Assembly (NCBI GenBank): GCA_021324265.1
Contig: JAJPJK010000009.1
Coordinates: 802-64,801 of the forward strand
Source: Thermoproteota archaeon
GTDB lineage: Archaea > Thermoproteota > Thermoprotei > Gearchaeales > Gearchaeaceae
Length of the DNA stretch: 64,000 nt
Direction: 5' to 3'
Shown: positions 49,186 through 59,866 of the stretch, piece after piece
How positions within the stretch are numbered: position 1 is the stretch's first letter
Layout: each line of letters starts with the position of its first letter
Notes under the pieces: model-generated
Database searches by the model: none
Told to the model about the DNA's origin: nothing
The model's input: only the letters and a program-made list of their open reading frames with translations
Position numbers and translations under genes: made by a program

Positions 49186-50361
49186 ATGAAGATCTTACTT
49201 GTTTGTGAACAACCTCTGCCTTCTAAGAAGAGGGCAGGAAGACCGAATTATACGGTAAGGTATCTTGCAAAGAAAGGTCACGATATTACGGTTTTATGTC
49301 CAAGGACCCATGAAGAAGATGATGGTTTAGCTAGATATGAGTATATTAATATCGAGTTCAGGCAGTTCTCAATTATAAATAGAATAAAGATATTGAGAGA
49401 GTTTCAAAAAAAGATAAAAAAATTAATGTATTCAGAAAAGTTTGATATTATAAGAACAATAAATATTATACCGACGTATTCTTCATTAAATACTAAGATA
49501 CCTATATATTCAGAGATAAATGATTTTTTGAGCGATTTATATTTGCAATTCAATATGCCATTAAAGAATATTATTTCAAATTTTATCAAAATGATGGAGA
49601 ACAAAATTGCTAAAAAAATGTGTTATGCAAATGTGGAAACAGATGTTGGAAGGAGATTTTGGAAAGAGCTAGGGGCAAATGAGAAAAAGATCGCAGCAAT
49701 CCCGAATGGTGTGGATACAAAGCATTTCGATCCTTATAAAGCAAATGCAGAAGAAATTAGAGAGAAATATAAGCTTAATCATGCGAAGGTATTATTCTAT
49801 CATGGAGACATAGGATATTATGATGGTTTACATTTCCTTTTAAATATAATGGATAGAATAGACGCAAAATTCATGATTGTTGGTGATGGACCAAATGGCT
49901 ACTTGGATGAGCTTAGAAAGATCGCTTTGAAAAACAAGGTTGAAGACAAAATAATTTTCACAGGTTGGATTGACTATGGAATACTACCAAGTTATATCGC
50001 ATGCGCAGACTTATGTGCATTACCTTTGATACCTAAAACTAGGGAAAATAGAGCCGTTATACATTCAAAAATAAAGGAATATTTGAGCATGGGTAAGAAA
50101 TTTGTTGTAACTAGACTAGAAGGAATAGAATCAAGCTTGGGTAGTTTGCCATTTTATGTCAATGAACCATGGAATCGAGAAGAACTGTTAAATGTAATAA
50201 AAAGAGCATTTGAAGAAGAAAGAGATGTTGAAAAAATGAGGAGTATTGCTAAAATTCTGGACTGGGAAAACATAATAAATCAAGATGAAAAAGTAATGAA
50301 GGCAATTTTGGATGGAGAAGAAGACATAAGGAAATTCGATCTAAAGCTTGAGAATACTTAG
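49186..50361 (+). CDS. GT4 glycosyltransferase
   Basis: IPNGVD..HF.P, IVGDGP, FTGW, KIKEYLSMGK. Confidence 0.92.
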   Translation: MKILLVCEQPLPSKKRAGRPNYTVRYLAKKGHDITVLCPRTHEEDDGLARYEYINIEFRQFSIINRIKILREFQKKIKKLMYSEKFDIIRTINIIPTYSSLNTKIPIYSEINDFLSDLYLQFNMPLKNIISNFIKMMENKIAKKMCYANVETDVGRRFWKELGANEKKIAAIPNGVDTKHFDPYKANAEEIREKYKLNHAKVLFYHGDIGYYDGLHFLLNIMDRIDAKFMIVGDGPNGYLDELRKIALKNKVEDKIIFTGWIDYGILPSYIACADLCALPLIPKTRENRAVIHSKIKEYLSMGKKFVVTRLEGIESSLGSLPFYVNEPWNREELLNVIKRAFEEERDVEKMRSIAKILDWENIINQDEKVMKAILDGEEDIRKFDLKLENT

Positions 50362-51481
50362 GACAATTGGCGAATTCGGACCTTCAATTGGGCCTTCGAA
50401 GCAAGCATACTTGCTTACTAAGGGATTGAGCAAGCAGGGAATATTTTCCATAATCTATACTTATGAAGTTTATGTTAACGAAAAAATTGAAAATGCGAAA
50501 ATAAAGAAGTTTGAGCCTTTTATTAAATTTGGCCATTACAAGATTTCCTTTAAAATGATTCAAGAAGTAATGAGAGAAAATGTAGATTTGGTTCATGTTC
50601 ATGGATATAGGAATTTCCAAACTGATTTGGGAGCATTAGTTTCATTGGAGAAAAAAATACCCTTAGTCATTACAGCGCATGGAACTGTAAAGGGTTATGA
50701 ATATTTGAATCTTGGCTTAAGATCTAGATTGCCAAATATAATTTACGATGCTTTGACCTTTAAGTTAACTTTGAGATTGGCAAAGAAGATAATTGCAACA
50801 TCTAAAAGTGAGGCAAATGAGCTTTTAAGCTTTGGAATACCTGAAAGTAAGATTGCGATCATTCATAACGGTATAGAATTCCCTAACATAGAAGTTAAGA
50901 AGGATTTCGATGATAAAGATACTCTTAACATATTAACAGTTTCTAGGATAACTTATAAAAACAACTTAGAAATGGGAATTAAAGCCTTTGCTGAAGCATA
51001 CAAAAGGAATAAAAAGCTTCGTTATATAATCGTAGGTGATGCTAAGCCTAGTAGATATGATGCGATGGAAAGAGGATATAAAGAAAAAATATTAAAGCTT
51101 TGTAAACAGCTTGGAATAAAAGATAAAGTAATCTTCACTGGCTGGCTAAGCGGTGAAGCATTGTGGGAAGCATATTTAAAAGGAGATATCTTTATTTGGA
51201 CTTCACGCTATGATAATTTTGCCCATGCTTTAGTAGAGGCAGCTTATTTTAAATTACCAATTATTAGTACTCCTGTTGGCATTGCAGGAGATTTGCTTGA
51301 TAAAGAATTCTTAGTTGAACATGAAGATTACAAAGAGCTTAGCGAGAAAATCCTAGAAATTTGCGAAAATCCTAAACTAATGAAAGAGATTGGAGAAGAG
51401 AATCATAAAAGATCGCTGAGATATAGTTATGAAAAAATGGTGAGGGAATATTACAAGCTATATTCAGAATTGGCAAGCTAG
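50348..51481 (+). CDS. GT4 glycosyltransferase
   Basis: VHVHG, TAHG, IHNGI, SRYDNFAHALVEAA. Confidence 0.92.
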   Translation: MRILRTIGEFGPSIGPSKQAYLLTKGLSKQGIFSIIYTYEVYVNEKIENAKIKKFEPFIKFGHYKISFKMIQEVMRENVDLVHVHGYRNFQTDLGALVSLEKKIPLVITAHGTVKGYEYLNLGLRSRLPNIIYDALTFKLTLRLAKKIIATSKSEANELLSFGIPESKIAIIHNGIEFPNIEVKKDFDDKDTLNILTVSRITYKNNLEMGIKAFAEAYKRNKKLRYIIVGDAKPSRYDAMERGYKEKILKLCKQLGIKDKVIFTGWLSGEALWEAYLKGDIFIWTSRYDNFAHALVEAAYFKLPIISTPVGIAGDLLDKEFLVEHEDYKELSEKILEICENPKLMKEIGEENHKRSLRYSYEKMVREYYKLYSELAS

Positions 51482-51506
51482 ACCGAGCTTGAACTGCTAA
51501 CTTGTT

Positions 51507-53330
51507 ATGTGCGGAATTTGCGGTATAATAGGAGAACCGAATAGCTATTTGCTTAAGCTTATTTGCAATAATTTAGTTCATAGAGGCCCAGATAGCGAAG
51601 GCTATTATATCGATGATAAAGTTGCTCTAGGAGTGAGGAGATTGAGGATCATAGATCTCGTAACTGGAGATCAGCCAATTCATAACGAAGATTCAACGAT
51701 TTGGGTAGTTTTCAACGGTGAAATATATAACTTCTTGGAACTTAAATCAAAGCTTCAAGCTAAGCACAGGTTCTACACAAGCACAGATACAGAAGTGCTC
51801 GTTCATCTTTGGGAAGATTACAAGGAAAATATGCTCGGATATCTAAAAGGCATGTTCGCGTTTGCAATTTATGATGCGAAAGAAAATAAGGTTTTCATAG
51901 CAAGAGATAGATTTGGTGAAAAGCCCCTTTATTATACAATCATAGATAATAGCTTTATTTTCGCTTCTGAGCTTAAAGCTCTAATAAAGGTTTTGGAGAG
52001 GATCGAAATAAATACCAATGCTTTAGCGAGTTATTTCGCTTTCTTTTATAACCATTTAGAAGAGAGCTTTATAAAGAATGTTTTTAGATTAAATCCCTCA
52101 AGTTATATATTATATGATATTAAGAATAGAAAGTTTGAAATTAAAAAATATTGGGATTTGAATATCGATGAAAATATTGAAATAAGCATAGAAGATGCAT
52201 TGAAGCTTCTTGATAGATACTTAAGCAATTCAGTTAAGAATTGCTTGATAAGCGATGTTCCGTTAGGGATTTTATTGAGCGGAGGCGTAGATTCAAGTAT
52301 TATTGCTAGCTTAGCCTCGAAGAATGCAAGAATAAAAACTTTCCATATCACAAGTGAAGAAGAAGAAGAAGTTAAATTCGCAGAAGAAATTGCTAACTTA
52401 ATAGGTAGCGAACATAAAACAATATATATTGATAAGAACTTCATGAAGAACTTCGATGATATTGCTTACTCAATCGATGAACCTGTAGCAGATCCTTCAA
52501 TCCTATTATCATATTATATATGCGAAACAACAAGGAAGCATGTTACTGTTGCACTCACTGGTGAAGGGGGAGATGAGTTATTTTGGGGCTATCCTTGGAT
52601 TTCCTTAAATGATGGACTTGATAAATGGTTTGACTTGCCAAGCTTCATAAGGAAAAATGCTTTGAAAATGAGATACATCACTAAACACATAAATTCGAGC
52701 TATGCAGGTATTTTGCAAGATATTGCGAGATACGAGAAAATAGGCTATCATTCATTAGATAGTGTTGGAAAAAGGATTGCAAGGCTTTCGCATTTTTCGC
52801 TTGAAGAAATAAAGAATCTTTTAGCTACGAGGTTCGAGGATCCTTATAAGGAATATGAAGAGATCTTACGAAAAAGAAACTCCTTAAGAGGCTCAGCTTA
52901 TTTAACGATAAAGAAAGTTTTGCCGAATGATTTCCTTCATAAAGATGATAGGATGAGCATGAAGCATTCACTTGAGCTCAGGGCACCATTCTTAGATCAT
53001 GAGCTTTTCCAAGCAATGTATAGAATTAGCGATAGCTATAAATTGAATTCTTCGACTCAAAAATACTTACTTAAACTTTATGCTGTGAAGTATCTAAAAA
53101 TGCCAAAGGAAGCAATCTTCAGAAAGAAAGTGGGTTTTAGTATGCCATTAAATAGATATCATAAGGATTTTATATATAAAACAGAAGAATTAAAATATCT
53201 AACAAAAGAATTAAGAATTAATTATAATGTTATCATGAGATTGTATGAATTTTATCCTTCATATGAATATACAAATAGATTATTTGCTTTATCCTTACTT
53301 TTAGATTGGTATAAGAATATGGTTAAATGA
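51507..53330 (+). CDS. asnB: Asparagine synthase-like glutamine amidotransferase (glycan amidation type)
   Basis: MCGICG, HRGPD, FNGEIYNF, RDRFGEKPLYY, LSGGVDSS, GEGGDELF.GY, ELRAPFLD. Confidence 0.93.
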   Translation: MCGICGIIGEPNSYLLKLICNNLVHRGPDSEGYYIDDKVALGVRRLRIIDLVTGDQPIHNEDSTIWVVFNGEIYNFLELKSKLQAKHRFYTSTDTEVLVHLWEDYKENMLGYLKGMFAFAIYDAKENKVFIARDRFGEKPLYYTIIDNSFIFASELKALIKVLERIEINTNALASYFAFFYNHLEESFIKNVFRLNPSSYILYDIKNRKFEIKKYWDLNIDENIEISIEDALKLLDRYLSNSVKNCLISDVPLGILLSGGVDSSIIASLASKNARIKTFHITSEEEEEVKFAEEIANLIGSEHKTIYIDKNFMKNFDDIAYSIDEPVADPSILLSYYICETTRKHVTVALTGEGGDELFWGYPWISLNDGLDKWFDLPSFIRKNALKMRYITKHINSSYAGILQDIARYEKIGYHSLDSVGKRIARLSHFSLEEIKNLLATRFEDPYKEYEEILRKRNSLRGSAYLTIKKVLPNDFLHKDDRMSMKHSLELRAPFLDHELFQAMYRISDSYKLNSSTQKYLLKLYAVKYLKMPKEAIFRKKVGFSMPLNRYHKDFIYKTEELKYLTKELRINYNVIMRLYEFYPSYEYTNRLFALSLLLDWYKNMVK

Positions 53331-53914
53331 TTAAGGTTGCTTTCCTAGGTAGAAGTTTTTCGCAAAGAAGGCAAAGTCATCTATTGAATGAATTATGTAA
53401 GAATTTCGCTGTCTTTGCACTCGTTCCTGCTTGGAACGAAAAATTGAGATATAGAGAACCCCCAAAGAAATCTTGATAAATGAAAAGGATGTCAAATTCA
53501 AGGTTATATGGCATCAGACAATTTTTTTTCTGAAAAAACCTTAATCAGCTTTTACCCAAGCGCCCTAATTTCATTAACAAAGATTAAGCCTAACTTAGTG
53601 GTTTTGAATTTATATCATTCTATAAGACGAAAAATTGGGAGTAACAATCCGGTTACTCAGTAATAGAAGCAATGAGCTATGGCATGCCTGTCATAGTATC
53701 GAATTGTGGTTCTTTGACTGAAATAGTCAATTGTTCAGGCATCATAGTTCAGCAAAATAATATCGATGAACTTGCAAAGGCAATGGAATATGTTATCGAT
53801 GAAGTAATTTTGATGGATTTAAGTGAGAGGAGCATGGAAATAGCAAAAGAGTTCTCCTTAGATTTTGTAGCTGAGAAGTGGAGAATATTAATAGAAAAAA
53901 CAAAGAAAAGATAG
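53327..53914 (+). pseudogene. Internally deleted/frameshifted GT4 glycosyltransferase
   Basis: N-terminal MIKVAFLG... stops after ~49 codons; C-terminal EAMSYGMPVIVSNCGSLTEIV...FSLDFVAEKW fragment (53672-53914). Confidence 0.75.
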
Positions 53915-55092
53915 GAATAATTATAATCGGAAGTAGTTTATTCGAGGTTCCTTACTTAAGAAATATCCCGTCAGGTTTTTCGGAGATAATTTATAAAACA
54001 AGTAATTATGTTTCGAAAAAATATGACGTAATAATTATTAGTCCATTCTATTATAAATATAAAAATGATGTCATCATCAATAAGAATCTTAAAATTTATT
54101 ATGTCTATCATCCTGCAATACATAGACAAAAAATAAGCATTATTAATATTGTTATGGAATTATTAAGCAGTATACTTTCTTTTTCAACTCAATCTGCTTT
54201 AAAGATACTTAGTTTTAGAAGTCAGCAAAATAAAGTAGTTATAATTTATGATAAAATATCAGGTATTTTTCCATTAATTATAGCAAAAATCATAGGATTT
54301 AAAGTAATATATTCTGAAGGAAATCCCTTTCCTTGGTATTTACCTTATTTAAATAAAAAATACAATAAAATTAGCTGGGGCATAAATATTTTTCTTGGTA
54401 AAATAATGTGCAAGAATGCAGATATTATTAGAGCACAAAGTATTTGTATAAAAGAAGGTATGATACATCAGGGCATAGAAAAAGAAAAAATATTCGTAAT
54501 TCCAGTAGGCGTGGATCCTATATTTTTTAAGCCCAGTTACAATAAGGATAAAAGCTCATTCATCGTTGGTTATTTAGGCAGATTGACTGAAGAAAAAGGT
54601 GGCCCATTATTATACGAAATAGTAAAAGAAAGTAGCTTAAAGCTTCCTCAAGTGAAATTTTTAATTATAGGCCTGGGTCCTTACAAAGATAAGCTTGAAA
54701 AACTTAACAATGTAATTTTCATAGGTAATGTTCAAAGGAAAGAACTTCCTCAATTCATTAACATGGCCGATATTTTTATAAGTACATACTATGATTTTGC
54801 GCTTGCAGATCTTGAAATTTTATCTTGCGGAAAGCCTCTAATAAAACTCGATAGTCCTGAAATAAATTATATTTTTAAGAATAAAGAAGAGATATTGTAT
54901 GCAAAAAATGATATAAATTCTTTTTTAAAAATTATCACAGAAGTAATGAATGACCAAAAGTTAATAGAAAAAATATCACATAGTGCAAGAGATAAGATTT
55001 TAAAAGATTTTACATGGGAAAAAATATCGGAAAAATGGATTGAACTCATCGATATATTGCTTAAGAGAAATAATAAAAAAACAGAATTTTAA
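53878..55092 (+). CDS. GT4 glycosyltransferase
   Basis: IPVGVD..FF.P, GYLGRL..EKG, IIG.GP, LEILSCGKP, FTWEKI. Confidence 0.9.
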   Translation: MENINRKNKEKIGIIIIGSSLFEVPYLRNIPSGFSEIIYKTSNYVSKKYDVIIISPFYYKYKNDVIINKNLKIYYVYHPAIHRQKISIINIVMELLSSILSFSTQSALKILSFRSQQNKVVIIYDKISGIFPLIIAKIIGFKVIYSEGNPFPWYLPYLNKKYNKISWGINIFLGKIMCKNADIIRAQSICIKEGMIHQGIEKEKIFVIPVGVDPIFFKPSYNKDKSSFIVGYLGRLTEEKGGPLLYEIVKESSLKLPQVKFLIIGLGPYKDKLEKLNNVIFIGNVQRKELPQFINMADIFISTYYDFALADLEILSCGKPLIKLDSPEINYIFKNKEEILYAKNDINSFLKIITEVMNDQKLIEKISHSARDKILKDFTWEKISEKWIELIDILLKRNNKKTEF

Positions 55093-55140
55093 CATCTTAA
55101 GTTTAAAGAGAGTCCTTAAAATGTTTTTTAGAATGGATTT

Positions 55141-55403
55141 AAACGACAGAACTTGAGATTTTAGCCTGCGGAAGACCTTTAATAACGCTGGATTCCAAGG
55201 TGAATAGAGAAGTAATGAAGGACTATTATAATGGTTTCTTGTGCAAACCAAACGCGAAAGACTATTTTGAGAAAATGAGACTAATTTTTGAGGATGAAGA
55301 GTTATATACAAAGATGCAGGCGAATGTGAGATGCACAGCCGTGAACTGTTTCTCTATTGAATAAGTAGCTAAGAAGTGGCTAGAAACAATAACTTATTGT
55401 TAA
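55141..55403 (+). pseudogene. GT4 C-terminal remnant
   Basis: TELEILACGRPLITLDS...NGFLV, then frameshifted FEDEELYTKM...FSIE*VAKKW. Confidence 0.65.
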
Positions 55404-55453
55404 CATTAAGATCATGAGACCAAAAGTAAGAATCATACACTTATATAAGCGGT

Positions 55454-55713
55454 ATGAAATTATCTGAATATCTAGCTGCAGGACTACCTGTAATCTTACC
55501 CCCTTTAAAGGGGTCTTTAAAATTAATTAAGATAATGGGTTCATTTTCAATTTCAACGATGACGAAAGCTTAAGAAAAGCAATTGAAACTGCTCTTAGTT
55601 CACAGCTTATTGAGATGAGTAAGAAATCCAAAGAAATTGTTAAAAAATTTTTATCGCTTGAAGCTGCTAAAAATGAGATTGATAAGCTTATTAATTTTAT
55701 ATATCAATATTAA
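55454..55713 (+). pseudogene. Second GT4 C-terminal remnant
   Basis: MKLSEYLAAGLPVI, then frameshifted NGFIFNFNDDESLRKAIE...MSKKSKE. Confidence 0.65.
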
Positions 55714-55803
55714 TTTAGCAAAGCAATTAAGAACTATATTAAGTCAATTTTTTATTACTTTAAAAATACTAGAATAAAAACTTTATAAAGTTAATATATC
55801 GAA

Positions 55804-56874
55804 ATGAATCAAATATTAAGAATTGCATTTCTCGCAACTGATTATGATAATCTTCTAGGTCAGCATACTGTTAAAGGTTTATCAGAATATTTAGCTGAAA
55901 AAGGTGTTGAAAATTACGCAATTGGATTAAGAAATATCTTTTTAGCACGAAGGATGACAGCAAATACAACTACAAGCATTATTAGAGATTTATTTGCTAA
56001 AATCTATTTTATTAGGATATTAAATAAGCCTAGAATATTTTATGAAAAAACTCTATTAAGAAATGTATTAACTAACTTGAAAATTAATTTTATAATCGTT
56101 AGTTTCCTTGATTCCCAAAACTCATTTTCAATAATAGATGCTGCTAAATATACAAATTCTAAATTAATTTTACTAGATATAGAAAGCCCTTATTGGACAG
56201 GTGGAGAAGATTGGGCAAACATAGCTAGGAATTCTAATCTAGTTCTTACAGCTGCAAAATATGGTGATCTATATTGGAAAAAAAGAGGAGCCAAGAATAT
56301 AATTTTCTTTCCACTTTTCTGCGATACTCGATATTTCAAGCCTCTTAATTTGGATAAAAGATATGACATATTATTCCTCGGTTCATATTATAAGGCTAGA
56401 GCAAAAGATTTGGATTCATTTTTAATACCGCTAATTAATAAATACAACAATAAGGTATCATTGGTCGGCTCTGGTTGGGAAATAAATCCTAATTTTAAAA
56501 AAGCTACTATATTACCTCCTGTGAATTGGAGGCTCACATCATATTTTTACAATTCTGCAAAGATTTGCTTGAACGTTCATCCTAAAGGAGTAAAAGAGCT
56601 AGGAGGCTTGAATTCAAGAAATTTTGAAGTCCTTGGGTGCAAATCTTTTTTGCTTTCAGATTACAATAAAGGTTTTGATGGCTTATTTGAAAATAAGAAG
56701 CACTTGGTCATTGCAGATAGCCCAAAGGAAATGATTGAACTTGCTGAATATTATTTAGATAACGAGGAAGAACTGGAAAAGATCGCTCAGCAAGGATATG
56801 AAGAAGTAATGCGCGCCCATACAATTGAGCATAGAGCAAAACAACTCTTGGGTATAATCAGCAAATTATATTAG
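55804..56874 (+). CDS. CgeB-family (Glyco_trans_1_2) glycosyltransferase
   Basis: YDILFLGS, GSGW, SAKICLN, NSRNFEVLGC..FLLSD, HT.EHRA. Confidence 0.85.
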   Translation: MNQILRIAFLATDYDNLLGQHTVKGLSEYLAEKGVENYAIGLRNIFLARRMTANTTTSIIRDLFAKIYFIRILNKPRIFYEKTLLRNVLTNLKINFIIVSFLDSQNSFSIIDAAKYTNSKLILLDIESPYWTGGEDWANIARNSNLVLTAAKYGDLYWKKRGAKNIIFFPLFCDTRYFKPLNLDKRYDILFLGSYYKARAKDLDSFLIPLINKYNNKVSLVGSGWEINPNFKKATILPPVNWRLTSYFYNSAKICLNVHPKGVKELGGLNSRNFEVLGCKSFLLSDYNKGFDGLFENKKHLVIADSPKEMIELAEYYLDNEEELEKIAQQGYEEVMRAHTIEHRAKQLLGIISKLY

Positions 56875-56876
56875 GT

Positions 56877-57227
56877 TTGTTGTTCGACCGAACTATTCTT
56901 GAAATTTTTCGATGTACAATGATAACTGTATATCTCGATGGTTATCCTTTAGATTGGAAACATGGACTAGCTACGGTCAGAAGATTGCGGTTAGAATACA
57001 GACCTAAAAATGTTTCATATTTGATCGATGTAAGAAAGATAGGTTATAATTTATCTCTTCTATACTCAAGACCGTCTAGAAGCATTCTCGAAAGATTAGC
57101 GTCAGGGATTTCATTGTCTTATCTATCAGGAAAAGGAGCTTATTATAGAATACTTACGAAAGCAGATCTTGAGCACATAATTAGAATTTATAGTTGTAAT
57201 CTACCTTCAATATATGAAGTAGATTGA
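56877..57227 (+). pseudogene. Probable N-terminal glycosyltransferase fragment or hypothetical protein
   Basis: Short ORF amid GT remnants; no recognisable catalytic C-terminus. Confidence 0.35.
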
Positions 57228-57271
57228 TTACCTATAGAATATTACCGTTATTATTAAAACATACCATTAAA

Positions 57272-57363
57272 TTTACATTAGTAAGGCCTGTACAATATCT
57301 ATATGTTTATGGTCCGAGGAGATTGCTTGGCGAAAATAATGTTAAGCTTACAAATAAAATAAA
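57272..57363 (+). repeat. 92-bp copy of the 5' part of the GT gene at 60992 (second copy 61043-61134)
   Basis: TTTACATTAGTA(A/G)GGCCTGTACAATATCTATATGTTTATGGTC...ACAAATAAAATAAA; 5 mismatches counted by eye. Confidence 0.9.
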
Positions 57364-57450
57364 CATTGATGGTAAAAATTAGGATTAACTAAGAATATTT
57401 TATGTAAGTATAAAATAATATATAAAAATTATACTATAAAATTAAGTAAA

Positions 57451-58554
57451 ATGAAACCAAAAGTAACTATCATTATTGTTGCATATAATGTCAGTAAAAT
57501 TAAAAATATTTTTAAAAAGTGTCTAGATAGTAGCCTAAATCTAAAGTATGATAATTACGAAGTAGTCGTAGTTAATAATGGTTCGACAGATGAAACAAAA
57601 GATATACTAATGGATTATGAAAATGATATTAAGATAATAAATTTAAAACATAACGTGGGTTATGCGCAAGGAAATAACATCGCATATAATATGACAAAAT
57701 CAGATTTTGTTCTTTTACTCAATAGTGATGCTATCCCAGAGCAGGATTCATTACAAGAAGTTGTTAAAGAAGGAATGAAGCCAGATATCGGAGCCGTTGG
57801 TGGGATCCAAATGGATTATAACAAAAAAAGAATAACAGCGCTTGGTCGCCTCTTCGATATTTACATGAGAACCATTGTTCCTAAAGAAGAGATAAGCATT
57901 AATGAAGTAAAAGCCTCATATTATACTTACATACCTGCATCTTTCTTATTAATAAAAAGAAGCACGATTAATACATTGTTTCCAAAAGAATTTTTTACGT
58001 ATTGGGAAGATGTCGAGCTTTGTATGCGGTTATGGAGTAGAGGTTATAAGGTTCTTTTAATTCCTCAAATAGTATGCGCTCATGAATTCGGAACAAGCGC
58101 AAGAGCTGCTACTAAACATAACGTAAAAACAAATGTAACCTTAAAACTCTCTTATACTAAGAATGGTACATTATTGTTATCAATTTTTAAAAAATATTTA
58201 ATAGATTCATATTTGATACAAGTTCTAAATATGTTAACATATTCAACAACAACGGAAATGTTACAATTACCAAGATATTTTTTCAAAAAACAGTTATACG
58301 ACTTTACTGGAGGGTATTTTCCTGGTCGAAGTTTAATAAGAATATGTTATCTATCTAAACCCCTTTCTACATTACAAGAATTTGGCCGGTATTATCCACT
58401 ATTAGCTAAGCTAAATAATACAAACAAAATAAGAATTATATTCGATATAAAAATTAAATCCTTCCCACCCGTAATACAATTATGTTATGATAATATAATT
58501 ATAACTGAAAAAGATATAGAAAAATCAAACAAAAAATTTATTATAGATAAATAA
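57451..58554 (+). CDS. GT2 glycosyltransferase
   Basis: IIIVAYN, VVNNGSTD, GYAQGNN, LLNSD, YWEDVELC.R. Confidence 0.9.
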   Translation: MKPKVTIIIVAYNVSKIKNIFKKCLDSSLNLKYDNYEVVVVNNGSTDETKDILMDYENDIKIINLKHNVGYAQGNNIAYNMTKSDFVLLLNSDAIPEQDSLQEVVKEGMKPDIGAVGGIQMDYNKKRITALGRLFDIYMRTIVPKEEISINEVKASYYTYIPASFLLIKRSTINTLFPKEFFTYWEDVELCMRLWSRGYKVLLIPQIVCAHEFGTSARAATKHNVKTNVTLKLSYTKNGTLLLSIFKKYLIDSYLIQVLNMLTYSTTTEMLQLPRYFFKKQLYDFTGGYFPGRSLIRICYLSKPLSTLQEFGRYYPLLAKLNNTNKIRIIFDIKIKSFPPVIQLCYDNIIITEKDIEKSNKKFIIDK

Positions 58555-58861
58555 TAGCTTAAAGAATGTATGATTTGAAAACTTGTATAAAGATATCGCC
58601 ATATTTGAATATGATACAACAAAAATATTTTAAAAGTAAACTTGAATTAATATAGTTTTCACTATTATCGTTTTAATAACACATAAACAATATAAACTTA
58701 ATAAAGATGTATGTTCAGGACGCCGAAAATTTGGTATTGGCTGATGCAGAAAAGACATTAAAGGAAACAAGTCTTGAAGCAGAATGGTTTTAGATTCATT
58801 AGAAAACTTGATCAAAATGCATTGTTCATTAAATAAAAAATTTTAAAAAATTAAATAATTT

Positions 58862-59563
58862 ATGCTAAAAATGTTGACAATTAAATATATTCAAATGTTA
58901 TTATCCAGACTTAGAATATATCAAATTATGTACGTAATTATTGATATAATTATTTTAAAGCTTTTTACTCAGCTTATCAAATCTTCAAACAGGAAAATAG
59001 ACTTCGTTTTTTCACCTTTAGCTAGGAATCTCAGTATACAACAATCCAAATACGAGATAAATATGCTCAAGAATTTTTTGACTTTAATAGATTTAAAAAC
59101 GTTAATGGAAATAGGAACAGGGTTTGGAGGCACACTATACATACTTTGTCACCTCGCTCATGATGATGCGTTAATAATAAGCATTGATCAAGAACAAAAG
59201 CTATGGAGAATACCCGTGTATAAAGCTTTTAAAAAGAAGAAGCAAAAACTAGTAATGTTAAAAGGAAACTCTCATGATCCTTTAACTCTGGGAAAAGTAA
59301 AGTCAATACTTGGGAATAGGAAACTGGATTTCCTTTTCATAGATGGAGATCACTCATATGAAGGAGTGAAGAAGGATTTTGAAATGTATGGACCATTGGT
59401 TAAAGAAGGAGGAATTATAGCATTCCATGATATTAAACTTATCATAAGTGGAGTTCCAAAGTTCTGGAACGAAATAAAATCTAGCTTTAATAAAAATAAC
59501 ATAATAGAAATCATAGAGAATAATAATCAAGAATGGGCCGGAATAGGCATAATCTTAAAATAG
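58862..59563 (+). CDS. Class I SAM methyltransferase (Methyltransf_24-like)
   Basis: EIGTGFGGT, DFLFIDGDHSYEGVKKDF, GGIIAFHD. Confidence 0.9.
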   Translation: MLKMLTIKYIQMLLSRLRIYQIMYVIIDIIILKLFTQLIKSSNRKIDFVFSPLARNLSIQQSKYEINMLKNFLTLIDLKTLMEIGTGFGGTLYILCHLAHDDALIISIDQEQKLWRIPVYKAFKKKKQKLVMLKGNSHDPLTLGKVKSILGNRKLDFLFIDGDHSYEGVKKDFEMYGPLVKEGGIIAFHDIKLIISGVPKFWNEIKSSFNKNNIIEIIENNNQEWAGIGIILK

Positions 59564-59866
59564 ATTATGCAAATAATAATATAACATCTATAAGTAAACT
59601 TTCAAAAATTTAATCTTATTATAATAAAACTTTCATTTATTATGTTATTTTTTTATAGGATTTATTTTGTTATAAAATTGCCATTAAAAAATAGAAAAGA
59701 CATTTTAAATCCTGTGTTTCTTTAAACTTTTCGTAGATAAAATGCAACAAAATGCTTCTATATTTTAAAAAATGTTTTAAAAGACTGTCTTAAAGTTGTC
59801 ACGTCCCCAAACGGTTTATAGTAGTTTTATATTAATATATGGAATAATGTTTTTAAGTAAATTAAG

